A stretch of 64,000 nt of DNA from Acidobacteriota bacterium (lineage in GTDB: Bacteria; Acidobacteriota; CAIWXX01). The DNA lies in the NCBI GenBank assembly GCA_040755995.1, contig JBFMAF010000023.1, positions 160,001-224,000 on the forward strand, given 5' to 3'. A model generated the notes under the pieces. It was not told the DNA's origin and ran no database searches. It saw only the letters and a program-made list of their open reading frames with translations. A program made the position numbers and the translations under genes. Of the stretch, positions 29,893 through 38,795 are shown one piece after another. Within the stretch, counting starts at the first letter, position 1; each line of letters starts with the position of its first letter.

Positions 29893-30585
29893 ATGAGTCG
29901 AGGCAATCCGATATGGACGGCCGCCACATACGCGTTGCTGGTCTTGATGCTCGCCGATCTCTACCTCGTCTTCATTTGGGCGCCCACAGAGAAGACCATG
30001 GGCGATGTGCAGCGGATCTTCTACTTCCACGTCCCTTCCGCGTGGGTCGCGTTTCTTGCGTTCTTCATGGTCTTTATCGGGAGCGTCGCCTACCTCATCA
30101 AGCGCGACCTGCGCTACGACCGGCTGGCGCTCGCTTCCGCCGAAATCGGTGTCGCGTTCTGCACCATAGTGCTCGTGACCGGCCCGATCTGGGCCCGGCC
30201 GGCGTGGGGCATCTGGTGGACGTGGGACGCACGCCTGACCTCGACACTCGTGCTCTGGCTCATCTACGCGAGCTACCTGCTGCTGCGCGGCTTCGTCGAG
30301 GAACCGCTGCGTAAGGCTGTGCTCGCGGCCGTAGTCGGCATCGTCGGCTTCGCCGACGTGCCGATCGTCTACATGTCGATCCGCTGGTGGAGAACGCAGC
30401 ACCCGTCGCCGGTTTTCGGTGGAGGCCAGGGCAGCGGGCTGGATCCGGAGATGCGTGTGGCTTTCTTCTTCTCGCTCGCCGTCTTCACCCTCCTCTTCGC
30501 GGTTCTCGTAAGCTTCTCGGCACGCGTGAAAAGCTCCGAGCACCTGCTCGGCACGCTCCGCCGCCGGCTCGCCATCAAGGAGTAG
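29893..30585 (+). CDS. ccmC: Heme exporter/cytochrome c assembly protein CcmC
   Basis: RIFYFHVP, WARPAWGIWWTWDARLT (WWD domain) and WWRTQHP. Confidence 0.94.
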   Translation: MSRGNPIWTAATYALLVLMLADLYLVFIWAPTEKTMGDVQRIFYFHVPSAWVAFLAFFMVFIGSVAYLIKRDLRYDRLALASAEIGVAFCTIVLVTGPIWARPAWGIWWTWDARLTSTLVLWLIYASYLLLRGFVEEPLRKAVLAAVVGIVGFADVPIVYMSIRWWRTQHPSPVFGGGQGSGLDPEMRVAFFFSLAVFTLLFAVLVSFSARVKSSEHLLGTLRRRLAIKE

Positions 30586-30593
30586 GCACCGAA

Positions 30594-30725
30594 ATGGCCT
30601 ATCTTTTCGCCGCATACTGCTTCGTCTGGTTGGCCCTCTTCGGCTATCTGCGCTACCTGCAAAATCGTTTGAATTCGCTGCAGACCGAGGTGGAACGCCT
30701 GAAAGACGCCGTCGAGAAGCCGTAG
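30594..30725 (+). CDS. ccmD: CcmD family small membrane protein
   Basis: MAYLFAAYCFVWLALFGY plus a charged helix, directly after ccmC with an AGGAG RBS. Confidence 0.8.
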   Translation: MAYLFAAYCFVWLALFGYLRYLQNRLNSLQTEVERLKDAVEKP

Positions 30726-30786
30726 GCGCCGGCCCGTCCCGGCCTGCTCCCGCAAGCCGAGCAGGGCGCGGATTCCATCGACGGCG

Positions 30787-30969
30787 TCAGTCGGACTTCT
30801 TGACAACCTTGGAATCGTCCGGGTCGGGTTCTCCGGAGATTCCCTTCTTGAAGCCGCGGATGCCCTCGCCGAGCCCCTTCATAAGCTCGGGGATGCGCTT
30901 GGCTCCGAAGAGCAGCACCACGACGGCGACAATAAGCAGAATCTCCCAAAAGCCCAAGTTCCCAATCAT
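30787..30969 (-). CDS. tatA: Twin-arginine translocase TatA/E
   Basis: [25 protein letters not shown]. Confidence 0.93.
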   Translation of the reverse strand: MIGNLGFWEILLIVAVVVLLFGAKRIPELMKGLGEGIRGFKKGISGEPDPDDSKVVKKSD

Positions 30970-30987
30970 GACGACCTCCCGCGCAAC

Positions 30988-32859
30988 CTACAGGATGATT
31001 CTTTCATCTTTGTCCCGGCGGGTCAATCGCTGGCGGTCGAGGAACTCGAGGAGCGGGATGGCGAGCTTGCGGGTGGTTGCCGAGAGGTCCTTGAACTCGC
31101 CAACGCTGATTCGCGGCTTGCGCTGCTTGAACGCGCGCAGCGCCTGAGCCAGATCCAGCAGTCCATCCGCGTGGATCCAGATATCCTGAGCCACGCGCAA
31201 GAGGCGTTTCTCGTTCAGCAGCATCGAGACGAAGGGAAGCACCGCAGTGGCAGGCTGCCGCGTTGTTGCGAGCAGCTCCGAGAGCTCGAGCGGCCGCCGG
31301 CCTGCCTTCTTGAACAGCGTTTCGATCTGCCCGCGGAGGCCGGATTCTTCCGGCCGAAGTTGCACGCTGAATCCGGCCAGCGCAACGGTTCCTGCCGAGA
31401 CCTTCAGCCTCGCGGTGTTCACGAGCCTCTCGATAGCGGGCGCGGTGACAGGCTCGTCCAACTTCATCTGCGCGTAGAGCTCGCGGAGCGGAAGGCCGGG
31501 TTTGAGCGGGTTGGCCGCGTGAAACGCTTCGACCTTCTTGACGATACTGCTCTCCAGCCGTTCAAGCGCCTCTGCCCAGACCAGCCTCTGCTGTTTGCCC
31601 TCGCCTACGAGCACCGCACGGTCCCCTAGCCACCGTCGCAGGTGCTCCTCGTCCGGCCTGCGGCCGGCTCTCTGGACGATGGCTTCCAGTGGAAGTCCCG
31701 CGTGCCCCCGCAGTCGGACCAGTGGCTCCAGTTCGCCCGCGGCAAGCTGCTCGAGGTCGCTCACGAAGTGCTTTCGGACGGGCCTGTCCGGAAGGTTGTC
31801 CACGACCCGGCCGCCTCCGTGCGTTTCGACCGGCGAGAAAGATCGCAGGATGAACGGGTCGCCCTGCAGGACCAGAAGCGGGTCTTCGAGCCGGATTTCG
31901 GAAAAGACCGGGGGAGATCCCGGCTCCAGCTCCTTGCCCGCGAGCAGGTAGCAGCGGCCAAGAACTTCGGCCGAGCCGGCGCACACGCGGACTCGCTCGC
32001 CGTGGCGCAGCGCGCGCGATGCGATCCCGGCTTCTTCCGCCAGGGCGATGAAACGCCGTGTGGCCAGCAGGCTCCCTGGGGGTGAGACCGCCACCTGTCC
32101 GCGGCGCAGCTCGGCCCGCTCGATTCCGTGCAAGTTCAGCGCGACTCGTTGCCCCACGCGTGCCTCATCGACAGGGCCTCCGTAGACCTGGATCTGGCGG
32201 ACGCGTGAGGTCGGTCCGCCCGGCAGGACCTCGACGTCCTGGCCTACACGGATCTGTCCGGAGACGGCGGTGCCGGTGACGATCGTGCCGGCGCCGCGCA
32301 GGCTGAAGACGCGATCGATATTGTGGCGGAACACGCCGGCGGGCGCGCGTTCCGGTAAGCGCCGGGCGAGATTCAGCAGCTCCTCGTGAAGCCGTCCGAT
32401 GCCGGAGTCGGTGCTGACGCTCGTCCCGATGACCGTGAAGTCGCCGCCGACCAGCCCGTTGAAATATTTACTACAACTGTCATAGATCTCAGGGCGGGCA
32501 TCCGGCAAGTCGACTTTGGTGACAGCCACGATGCCGGTGCGGATGCCGAGCAGCCGGAGGATCTCGCCGTGCTCCCGCGTCTGCTCTCGAATGCCCTCCA
32601 CCGCCGACACGGCCATCAGGAAGGCGTCGACACCGCCGATCCCCGCGAGCATGTTGCGCACGAATCGCACGTGTCCCGGGACGTCGATGAAGCCGATGGT
32701 GATTCCGTCCATCACCATGTGCGCGAACCCGAGATCAATGGTGATCTCGCGCTCTTTCTCTTCCGGGAGCCTGTCCGGGTCGATGCCGGTGAGCGCCTTG
32801 ACGAGCGAGGACTTGCCGTGGTCGATATGGCCGGCCGTGCCTATGATGACAAACTTCAT
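30988..32859 (-). CDS. selB: Selenocysteine-specific elongation factor
   Basis: GTAGHIDHGKS, EKEREITIDLGF, DVPGH, and a C-terminal winged helix TRKLAIPLLEFLD. Confidence 0.95.
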   Translation of the reverse strand: MKFVIIGTAGHIDHGKSSLVKALTGIDPDRLPEEKEREITIDLGFAHMVMDGITIGFIDVPGHVRFVRNMLAGIGGVDAFLMAVSAVEGIREQTREHGEILRLLGIRTGIVAVTKVDLPDARPEIYDSCSKYFNGLVGGDFTVIGTSVSTDSGIGRLHEELLNLARRLPERAPAGVFRHNIDRVFSLRGAGTIVTGTAVSGQIRVGQDVEVLPGGPTSRVRQIQVYGGPVDEARVGQRVALNLHGIERAELRRGQVAVSPPGSLLATRRFIALAEEAGIASRALRHGERVRVCAGSAEVLGRCYLLAGKELEPGSPPVFSEIRLEDPLLVLQGDPFILRSFSPVETHGGGRVVDNLPDRPVRKHFVSDLEQLAAGELEPLVRLRGHAGLPLEAIVQRAGRRPDEEHLRRWLGDRAVLVGEGKQQRLVWAEALERLESSIVKKVEAFHAANPLKPGLPLRELYAQMKLDEPVTAPAIERLVNTARLKVSAGTVALAGFSVQLRPEESGLRGQIETLFKKAGRRPLELSELLATTRQPATAVLPFVSMLLNEKRLLRVAQDIWIHADGLLDLAQALRAFKQRKPRISVGEFKDLSATTRKLAIPLLEFLDRQRLTRRDKDERIIL

Positions 32860-32982
32860 TGCCGAAACTCCGACTTCCTATTATAGTGACTTCGTCGCAG
32901 GTTTACCTGGCCGCTGAAGGGAGCCCCGAGGCGCGGGAGGGCCAGCCGGGCGTTCGCTTGAGAAATTACAGGAGGCGATCTG

Positions 32983-33408
32983 ATGAGCGATATGGAAATG
33001 CAGCCGACCAACCCCCAGGCCGCTTCGGAGGAAGCCGCTACCTCTCAGGCGGGGCCGCGGGGTGGATTCAGGAATGTCTCGAACGCCTTGCGGCACATAC
33101 GCGGGGCGATGGCCGCCCAGGATGTGAAGCAGAGGCGGGCCGATCGCATCATGATCGGCGTTGTGGCCGTGTCGGTGCTCACTCTTCTCGCTGCGGTCGT
33201 CTTCACGCCTCCGCCGCTGCTCATCATGGCCCCGCTGGTGGTGACATTCATCGCTCTGCTCGTCTACGTGTTCCACCGGATGGGGATCTTCCTGAGCGTG
33301 GGCCCGCGACAGGCGCTGATCTTCTGGCAGCTGGTCATAGGCTCCCTCTGGCTCGGCATCACCGCCGGCCTGCTGGTGATGCTCGGCAGCCTCTACTTCA
33401 CGAAGTGA
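32983..33408 (+). CDS. Hypothetical membrane protein (about 3 TM)
   Basis: AGGAGG RBS; hydrophobic C-terminal half. Confidence 0.7.
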   Translation: MSDMEMQPTNPQAASEEAATSQAGPRGGFRNVSNALRHIRGAMAAQDVKQRRADRIMIGVVAVSVLTLLAAVVFTPPPLLIMAPLVVTFIALLVYVFHRMGIFLSVGPRQALIFWQLVIGSLWLGITAGLLVMLGSLYFTK

Positions 33409-33442
33409 CGGGCGGCGTCACGGCTCCACCGCCAACTGACAA

Positions 33443-34303
33443 CTAGACCCACTTCTCCTGCAGTATCTCGCCGCGAAGCCCCACGACGATGACCTTCACT
33501 GGGACCTTGCGCGAGGCCTTCGCCACGGCGTCCTGAGCGAGCCGGACAAGTCCGCTGCAGCAGGGCACCTGCATGATTATGACGGTGATCGTGTTGACTT
33601 CGGCGTGGTCGATCAATGCGACGAGCTTCTCGAGGTAGGAGTCTTGCCCGTCGTCCAGCTTCGGGCAGGCGATGGCGAGGGTCTTGCCGCGCAGGTAGTC
33701 CCGATGGAAATCGGGGAGCGTAAACGGCACGCAGTCGGCTGCAAACAGCAGGTCCTTGCGGAGGAAGTGCGGGGCGAGGGGGGAGATCAGGTGGAGCTGA
33801 ATCGGCCAGTGAGTGAGCTCGGATTGGTGCCTGGTTTCCGGGGCGCTCTCGGCGACTACCGTCGCCGCGGCGGGCGCGAAATCCATCGATCTCGATCCTG
33901 GGCAGCCTCCGGCGTGGGCCGCGTGGTGCTTGTCCATGATGTTCGGAACCTCCATTGGATTCGGTATGTTCTGCTCTCTCAAGAAGGCGAGGGCTTGCCC
34001 GAGCAGCCTTTCCTCGTTATGCTCCTTGAGATGCTCCAGATGCGCCGCGATCACGTTTCTTCCCTGCCGCACGACGTTCTCCATGACCCGCCGCTCGTCG
34101 TACGGCTCGGCCTCCCTCTCCTCCACCGTGATCGCGCCTTCGGGGCAGTGCCCGAGGCAGGCTCCGAGGCCGTCGCAGAAGAGGTCGCTGATCAGCCGCG
34201 CCTTGCCGTCGATCATCTGGATTGCACCCTCGGGGCAGTTCGGAATGCACTCCTCGCATCCGGTGCACTTCTCTTCGTCGATCGTGATGATCTTCCTTCG
34301 CAT
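33443..34303 (-). CDS. 4Fe-4S dicluster protein with Cys-rich C-terminal domain
   Basis: CTGCEECIPNCPEG, CDGLGACLGHCP, GCPGS, WPIQLHL, ADC, ACPKLD and VPCC. Confidence 0.9.
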   Translation of the reverse strand: MRRKIITIDEEKCTGCEECIPNCPEGAIQMIDGKARLISDLFCDGLGACLGHCPEGAITVEEREAEPYDERRVMENVVRQGRNVIAAHLEHLKEHNEERLLGQALAFLREQNIPNPMEVPNIMDKHHAAHAGGCPGSRSMDFAPAAATVVAESAPETRHQSELTHWPIQLHLISPLAPHFLRKDLLFAADCVPFTLPDFHRDYLRGKTLAIACPKLDDGQDSYLEKLVALIDHAEVNTITVIIMQVPCCSGLVRLAQDAVAKASRKVPVKVIVVGLRGEILQEKWV

Positions 34304-34357
34304 CGCTCTCTCCTTCGGCTCGGCCGCGCCGAGCTCATGCTCGCGTCAGACGATCTT

Positions 34358-34399
34358 ATTATGGCCGCCCGCGATCCGGGCCGCCTTGATCCAGGTCAA
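34358..34399 (-). promoter_or_regulatory. Fnr/Dnr/HcpR-type box and -10 element of the 4Fe-4S gene
   Basis: TTGAT-CCAG-GTCAA at 34386-34399; CATAAT on the minus strand at 34363-34358. Box centre is about -41.5 from the predicted start. Confidence 0.75.
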
Positions 34400-34416
34400 G
34401 CATCGGAACTTGCCGC

Positions 34417-35082
34417 ATGACCGAGCTGGAACGGCTTCTTGAGGAGTCAGGTTTCTTCAAGGGAGTTTCGCCCGAGAGCAAACGGGCGCTCGCCGCCATC
34501 TGCATCAGGAAGGCGCTGAAGAAGCGGGATGTGCTGTTCGTGGAGGCCGATCAGGGGCATGCCGTCTATCTGCTGGCGGCCGGAGGCGTGCAGCTCTATC
34601 GCACCACTGCTGAGGGTAGAGAGGTAGTGATCAAGACTGTGAAGCCGGGCGAGATCTTTGCCGAGGTGATCCTATTCGAGAAGGACAGGTATCCGGTGAG
34701 CGCCGCTGCCGTCGAGGACAGCCTGGTATACGCCATCCCGAAGCAGCGTTTTTACGCACTGCTGGACGAGGCGTCGTTCAGAAACGACTTCATCGGAATG
34801 CTAATGAAGAAGCAGCGCTATCTGGTGGACCAGATCGTGAGTCTCTCGGCCGCGGACGTGCGCGAACGATTCTTCAGGTTTCTGGCCGAGCAGTATGGCC
34901 GCAAAGAGGTGTACCAGGTGCGGCTGTCGAAGAAGGATGTGGCGGCCGCGATCGGGACGAATCCGGAGACGCTCTCTCGCCTGCTGGCTCGACTCAAGGA
35001 AGGAGGCGCCCTCGTGTGGGAGGACGATGAGATACGGTTGCGGAAGGGGCTGTGGCAGGAGAGGGAGGGGGAGCGCCGATGA
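34417..35082 (+). CDS. Crp/Fnr family transcriptional regulator (no Fe-S cysteine cluster)
   Basis: cNMP-binding fold (GEIFAEVILF) and HTH IGTNPETLSR. Confidence 0.93.
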   Translation: MTELERLLEESGFFKGVSPESKRALAAICIRKALKKRDVLFVEADQGHAVYLLAAGGVQLYRTTAEGREVVIKTVKPGEIFAEVILFEKDRYPVSAAAVEDSLVYAIPKQRFYALLDEASFRNDFIGMLMKKQRYLVDQIVSLSAADVRERFFRFLAEQYGRKEVYQVRLSKKDVAAAIGTNPETLSRLLARLKEGGALVWEDDEIRLRKGLWQEREGERR

Positions 35083-35411
35083 ACGATCGGAACGATCGCG
35101 GAACGGACGGGCAAGGCGCGCCCGTCGACGACTTGCGATTCTGCCAGAAGTGCGGGCGGGAGCTGCCGGCCGGGAAGCTCCGCTATCTGGTCCGCATCGA
35201 GGTCACCGCGGCATGCGAACCGATCGAGGTCGACCTCGACGAATCGAAGCACGACTACATACAAGACATCCGCCGTCTCATCGAGGACTGCGAGGGGCTC
35301 ACCGAAGAAGAGCTGATGCAGAGCGTGTACGTGTCGTTCCAGTTCGATCTCTGTCGCGCCTGCCAGCAGGCCTACATCCGGGACCCGCTCCCTCCGCGTT
35401 CAGACGGCTGA
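35079..35411 (+). CDS. Hypothetical CxxC-CxxC zinc-binding protein
   Basis: CQKCGR ... FDLCRAC..AYIRDPL; ATGA-coupled to the regulator. Confidence 0.7.
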   Translation: MNDRNDRGTDGQGAPVDDLRFCQKCGRELPAGKLRYLVRIEVTAACEPIEVDLDESKHDYIQDIRRLIEDCEGLTEEELMQSVYVSFQFDLCRACQQAYIRDPLPPRSDG

Positions 35412-35479
35412 TGCCATTGCGGAGCTGACGGCCGGCCCGCCGAATCGCTGTGCGAACACCGTCCGCCTGCAGCTCAGGT

Positions 35480-35968
35480 TCATCTGCGAGCCTCACCGGC
35501 CAGAATCAGAATGCGCCTGCACAGATCGTCAGATAGACGATAGCCGTTGTCGCGCAGTTCATGGAGCGCCGCGTCGACGCGATGGATGAAGCCCTTCCGC
35601 TTCGCGGCGATCAGAACACGGCCGGTGCCGATCACACGGACCCCCCTTTTCCTGGCGGCGATTCGCCCCCGGCGCTCATCGACGAGCAGGAGACAATGCA
35701 TCTCCTCGGCCAACCGGATCGCCTGTGATTCTCCGGGATCAAGACATGCGATCGGCAGGCCGATCTGCGGGCCTCTGGGGCGCAGCCACTTGCCTTGGCT
35801 GAGGGCTTGCTCGAGTAGAAGAATCCCTGGCCGTTTCTCGCCAAGGCGGAGCTCCACGAGCACCGCCTGCGGAATGAAGACCTTGCCGAACAGCCCACGA
35901 AGAAGGGCCAACCGTCCGATCCGCGACAGGGCGATCAAAGGTCCGGCGTCAGAGACGACCGGTTTCAT
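35480..35968 (-). CDS. DUF3368-type PIN domain protein (putative toxin)
   Basis: VVSDAGPLIAL, LDPGESQAI, LLVDERRGR and GTGRVLIAAKRKG. Confidence 0.88.
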   Translation of the reverse strand: MKPVVSDAGPLIALSRIGRLALLRGLFGKVFIPQAVLVELRLGEKRPGILLLEQALSQGKWLRPRGPQIGLPIACLDPGESQAIRLAEEMHCLLLVDERRGRIAARKRGVRVIGTGRVLIAAKRKGFIHRVDAALHELRDNGYRLSDDLCRRILILAGEARR

Positions 35969-36306
35969 CAGATCTTGATCTTCATCTCCGCCCGGAGCTC
36001 ATCCGGCGGATAGTCAACCGCGGTGATGCCACTCGCCGCGAGCATATCCATGAATCTGTCCAGTGGGAGGCCGGCCATCTTTGCCGCCTTGGCCATTGTG
36101 ATCAAACCGCGTTCGAACAGGCATAGGGCCAAGTCCTTGTCCAGTCCGAGGTGGACAAGCCTTTCGTCGAACGGCACCGTCAGCGCCTCGGGCTTGCCTC
36201 TCTTGGTCAGGACGGAGAGTCGGCCGGCTTCCGCTCCCTTGATCAGGTCGCTGGACCGAAGTCTGAGGTCACGCACAGAGAAGACGTCCACCCCGTTTCT
36301 TCTCAT
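35968..36306 (-). CDS. Putative antitoxin: Phd/YefM-like N-terminus plus UPF0175-like C-terminus
   Basis: SVRDLR...VLTKRGKPEA, then ITMAKAAKMAGL...FMDML...DY.PDEL; TGATG-coupled to the PIN gene. Confidence 0.82.
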   Translation of the reverse strand: MRRNGVDVFSVRDLRLRSSDLIKGAEAGRLSVLTKRGKPEALTVPFDERLVHLGLDKDLALCLFERGLITMAKAAKMAGLPLDRFMDMLAASGITAVDYPPDELRAEMKIKI

Positions 36307-36443
36307 GGATTCACCCCCGCTTGATGTCACAACGAATCGTAGCACAAATCAGCGCCGCCTCCAAGGCCCCGGCTGGCGCGGGGGCCGATGGTCTCGACAC
36401 TCTGAACCGAGCAGGCGCGGGGCACAGGGCGCGCGGCGGCGGC

Positions 36444-37742
36444 TCAGCCCTGGCGGCGGCAGAAGTCAAGGTCCCAGGCCAGGCCCTTCGGCAGCGAGGA
36501 CTCCATCCAGTGGGCCAGCGGCCTGACATGTGCGGGCACATTCGCCGGGAAGGCGAACGTGCGCTTCGCGTCGATCGCCGCGGCGATGGCCGCGTCGTAG
36601 GACTCGACTGACCGGTCGAGGCTGTGGTGAGTGTCCATGAACTCGCGCGCGCGCCGCCCGCGCGCCTCGAAGTCGACGGGGTCGGCCAGGAGCTCCTTCA
36701 CGATCCTGGCGATGCCCTGCGCCTCGTCGAAAAGCGGCACGCGCGGCGCGATCGCGGGCGGGAAGTCCGAGAGGTGGAGGAGATCGGAGACCAGGGCGAC
36801 TCGGCCCGCCCCCAGCGCCTGCACCAGCGTCGCGCTCATCTCGCGGGCCGAAGGGTAGCGCAGGTTCAGCACGATAGTGACCGCGTGAAAAAGGGCGTTG
36901 AAGACCTCGGGGCGCACCGGGCCGGTGATGGTGACGCGTCCCTTGAGCCGGTATTTCTTCACCAGGGCGTGCGGGTCGAACTGCTTCGGATGCGCTCCGA
37001 CCAGTACGCAGTGTATTCTCGGGAAGCGGGATATCAGGAGCGAAACGGCTTCGAGGCACGACTCGATCCGTTTCTCCGACTTGATTGATCCGAAGCAGCC
37101 GAGGACCGGCCATGCGTTCCGGAGGCGATACCTGTCCAGAAGCGCGCCCTGCGGCGGGGTCTCTCGATAGCGGGGGAACTTGATCAGCACGGCGGGTGTA
37201 CGTGGAGATTGCGCCTTCAGCTCGTTAACCCCGTAGCTCGTATGAGCCGCAACCGCCAGCGAGCAGTCCACCATGAGCTTGTTCATCGGAAGCTGGAAGC
37301 ACGTCCACTCGGATGGAACGAACGTGAGCGTCTCCGCGATAGCCCGGCCGAGGCCCGGGTGGCAGTATTCCAGTTCGGCGCTGTATTGGTTTGCGCGACC
37401 GGTCTGAGCCAGGAATCCGCCGCGGGCGTGATGGACCACGATCTCGTGCAGAACCAGAAGACCTGCATACTGGAAGACGAACGGGAAGATGTACTTGTGA
37501 TGGAGGCTGTTGCCCATCTGGTAGATGTTCAGGTCGAACGGATCCTTGCGGGCGCGCCACGCGTATTCGTCGTGACGGAATCTCGGCAGTTCCGGCAGGA
37601 AGTCTCGCGATGGAGGGGACTCGCGATCGTAGCAGAGACTGATGTCGTGGTGCCTTGCCAGTCCGGGCAACAGCTCGGCTGCGTAATCGGCAATGCCCGA
37701 TGGGTTCGGGGGGAGCGGCGAGAAAAATGCGATCCGGGCCAC
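36444..37742 (-). CDS. Glycosyltransferase family 4 protein
   Basis: IAFFSPLPP.PSGIADY, YQMGNS..H and NLRYPSAREMSA. Confidence 0.88.
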   Translation of the reverse strand: MARIAFFSPLPPNPSGIADYAAELLPGLARHHDISLCYDRESPPSRDFLPELPRFRHDEYAWRARKDPFDLNIYQMGNSLHHKYIFPFVFQYAGLLVLHEIVVHHARGGFLAQTGRANQYSAELEYCHPGLGRAIAETLTFVPSEWTCFQLPMNKLMVDCSLAVAAHTSYGVNELKAQSPRTPAVLIKFPRYRETPPQGALLDRYRLRNAWPVLGCFGSIKSEKRIESCLEAVSLLISRFPRIHCVLVGAHPKQFDPHALVKKYRLKGRVTITGPVRPEVFNALFHAVTIVLNLRYPSAREMSATLVQALGAGRVALVSDLLHLSDFPPAIAPRVPLFDEAQGIARIVKELLADPVDFEARGRRAREFMDTHHSLDRSVESYDAAIAAAIDAKRTFAFPANVPAHVRPLAHWMESSLPKGLAWDLDFCRRQG

Positions 37743-37747
37743 GCGAG

Positions 37748-38779
37748 CTACCCGAGGAGGGCCGTGAGGACCGGATCCCAGCCGATACCGGAGACCGCGT
37801 CGACGCCGCGGGCCCCGAGGCCCCTGGCATAGGTCTTGTCGCCGAGCAAGCGCTTCACGGCGTCGCCGACCGTCCGCGGATCGGCCGGGACCACCAGGCC
37901 GTTCTCAGCGTCTCGGACGAACTCGAGGGTCCCACCGGAGTCTGTGCAGGTGATGACCGGTTTTCGCGACTTCATGGCTTCGATGGTGACGTAGCCGTAG
38001 TCCTCGTCGAGCGGGCCGTAGAATACGCACCCGCACGAAGCGTAGAGATCCAGCAGCTCGTCGTCGCCGATCTCGCCGGCGAACCTGACCCGCTGTTCGA
38101 CGCCGCACTCGATGGCGAATATCTCGAGCTTCTTCCGTATGCTCCCTTCGCCGACGATGACGCATGAGCTGGGCTCCGGCACGTGCTTCATGGCCTCGAT
38201 GACCAGCTCCGTACGCTTGTTCCACTCGAGTCTGCCAACGACCAGGACGAAATCCTCGAAGGTATCGCATCGGTAGCGATCGCCGAGGTGAGGCGGAGGG
38301 TACAGGGGAGACGACGGGATCCCATTGTACTTCGCCAGGCGCTCTGAGACGTTTTTCGAGATCGTGTAAATGCGCTCGCACTTGCGTATGCCGACGTTGT
38401 CGAGGCGGATCAGAGCATCGCGCACCTCGTTGTCGTATACCTCGTTCTGGAAGCTGCTGAAGCGTGTGGTGTAGTACTCGTATGCTTCCCGAAACTGGTG
38501 CACGAGCCAGAGCCTCTTGCGCGGATGTTCGATCAGGTACGACGGGAACTTCGTGGAGATCACGCAATCGATGGTCTCGCCGCTCATCTCGTCAAGGTTG
38601 ATCAACCGCCATGCCATGCAGTTCTTGAGAAGATCGGCCTTCGGCGTCCAGCGGAAGGGGAGCGTGACGATGTCGACGCGGTGTCCCGCCTCGGCGATCT
38701 TGTCCCTTAGCGACCGCATGAGTATCTCGGCACCGCCGCGGACGTACGGAACCTGCGGGCCGAGTATCAGTACGTTCAC
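37748..38779 (-). CDS. Glycosyltransferase family 4 protein
   Basis: GGAE, TKFPSY, GRLEWNKR and EDYGYVTIEAM. Confidence 0.92.
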   Translation of the reverse strand: MNVLILGPQVPYVRGGAEILMRSLRDKIAEAGHRVDIVTLPFRWTPKADLLKNCMAWRLINLDEMSGETIDCVISTKFPSYLIEHPRKRLWLVHQFREAYEYYTTRFSSFQNEVYDNEVRDALIRLDNVGIRKCERIYTISKNVSERLAKYNGIPSSPLYPPPHLGDRYRCDTFEDFVLVVGRLEWNKRTELVIEAMKHVPEPSSCVIVGEGSIRKKLEIFAIECGVEQRVRFAGEIGDDELLDLYASCGCVFYGPLDEDYGYVTIEAMKSRKPVITCTDSGGTLEFVRDAENGLVVPADPRTVGDAVKRLLGDKTYARGLGARGVDAVSGIGWDPVLTALLG

Positions 38780-38795
38780 GCTCGTCTCCGGGCGC

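Noticed and set aside
32860..32982. tRNA-Sec (selC) next to selB
   Set aside because: No cloverleaf is visible; the spacer holds only promoter-like and RBS signals.
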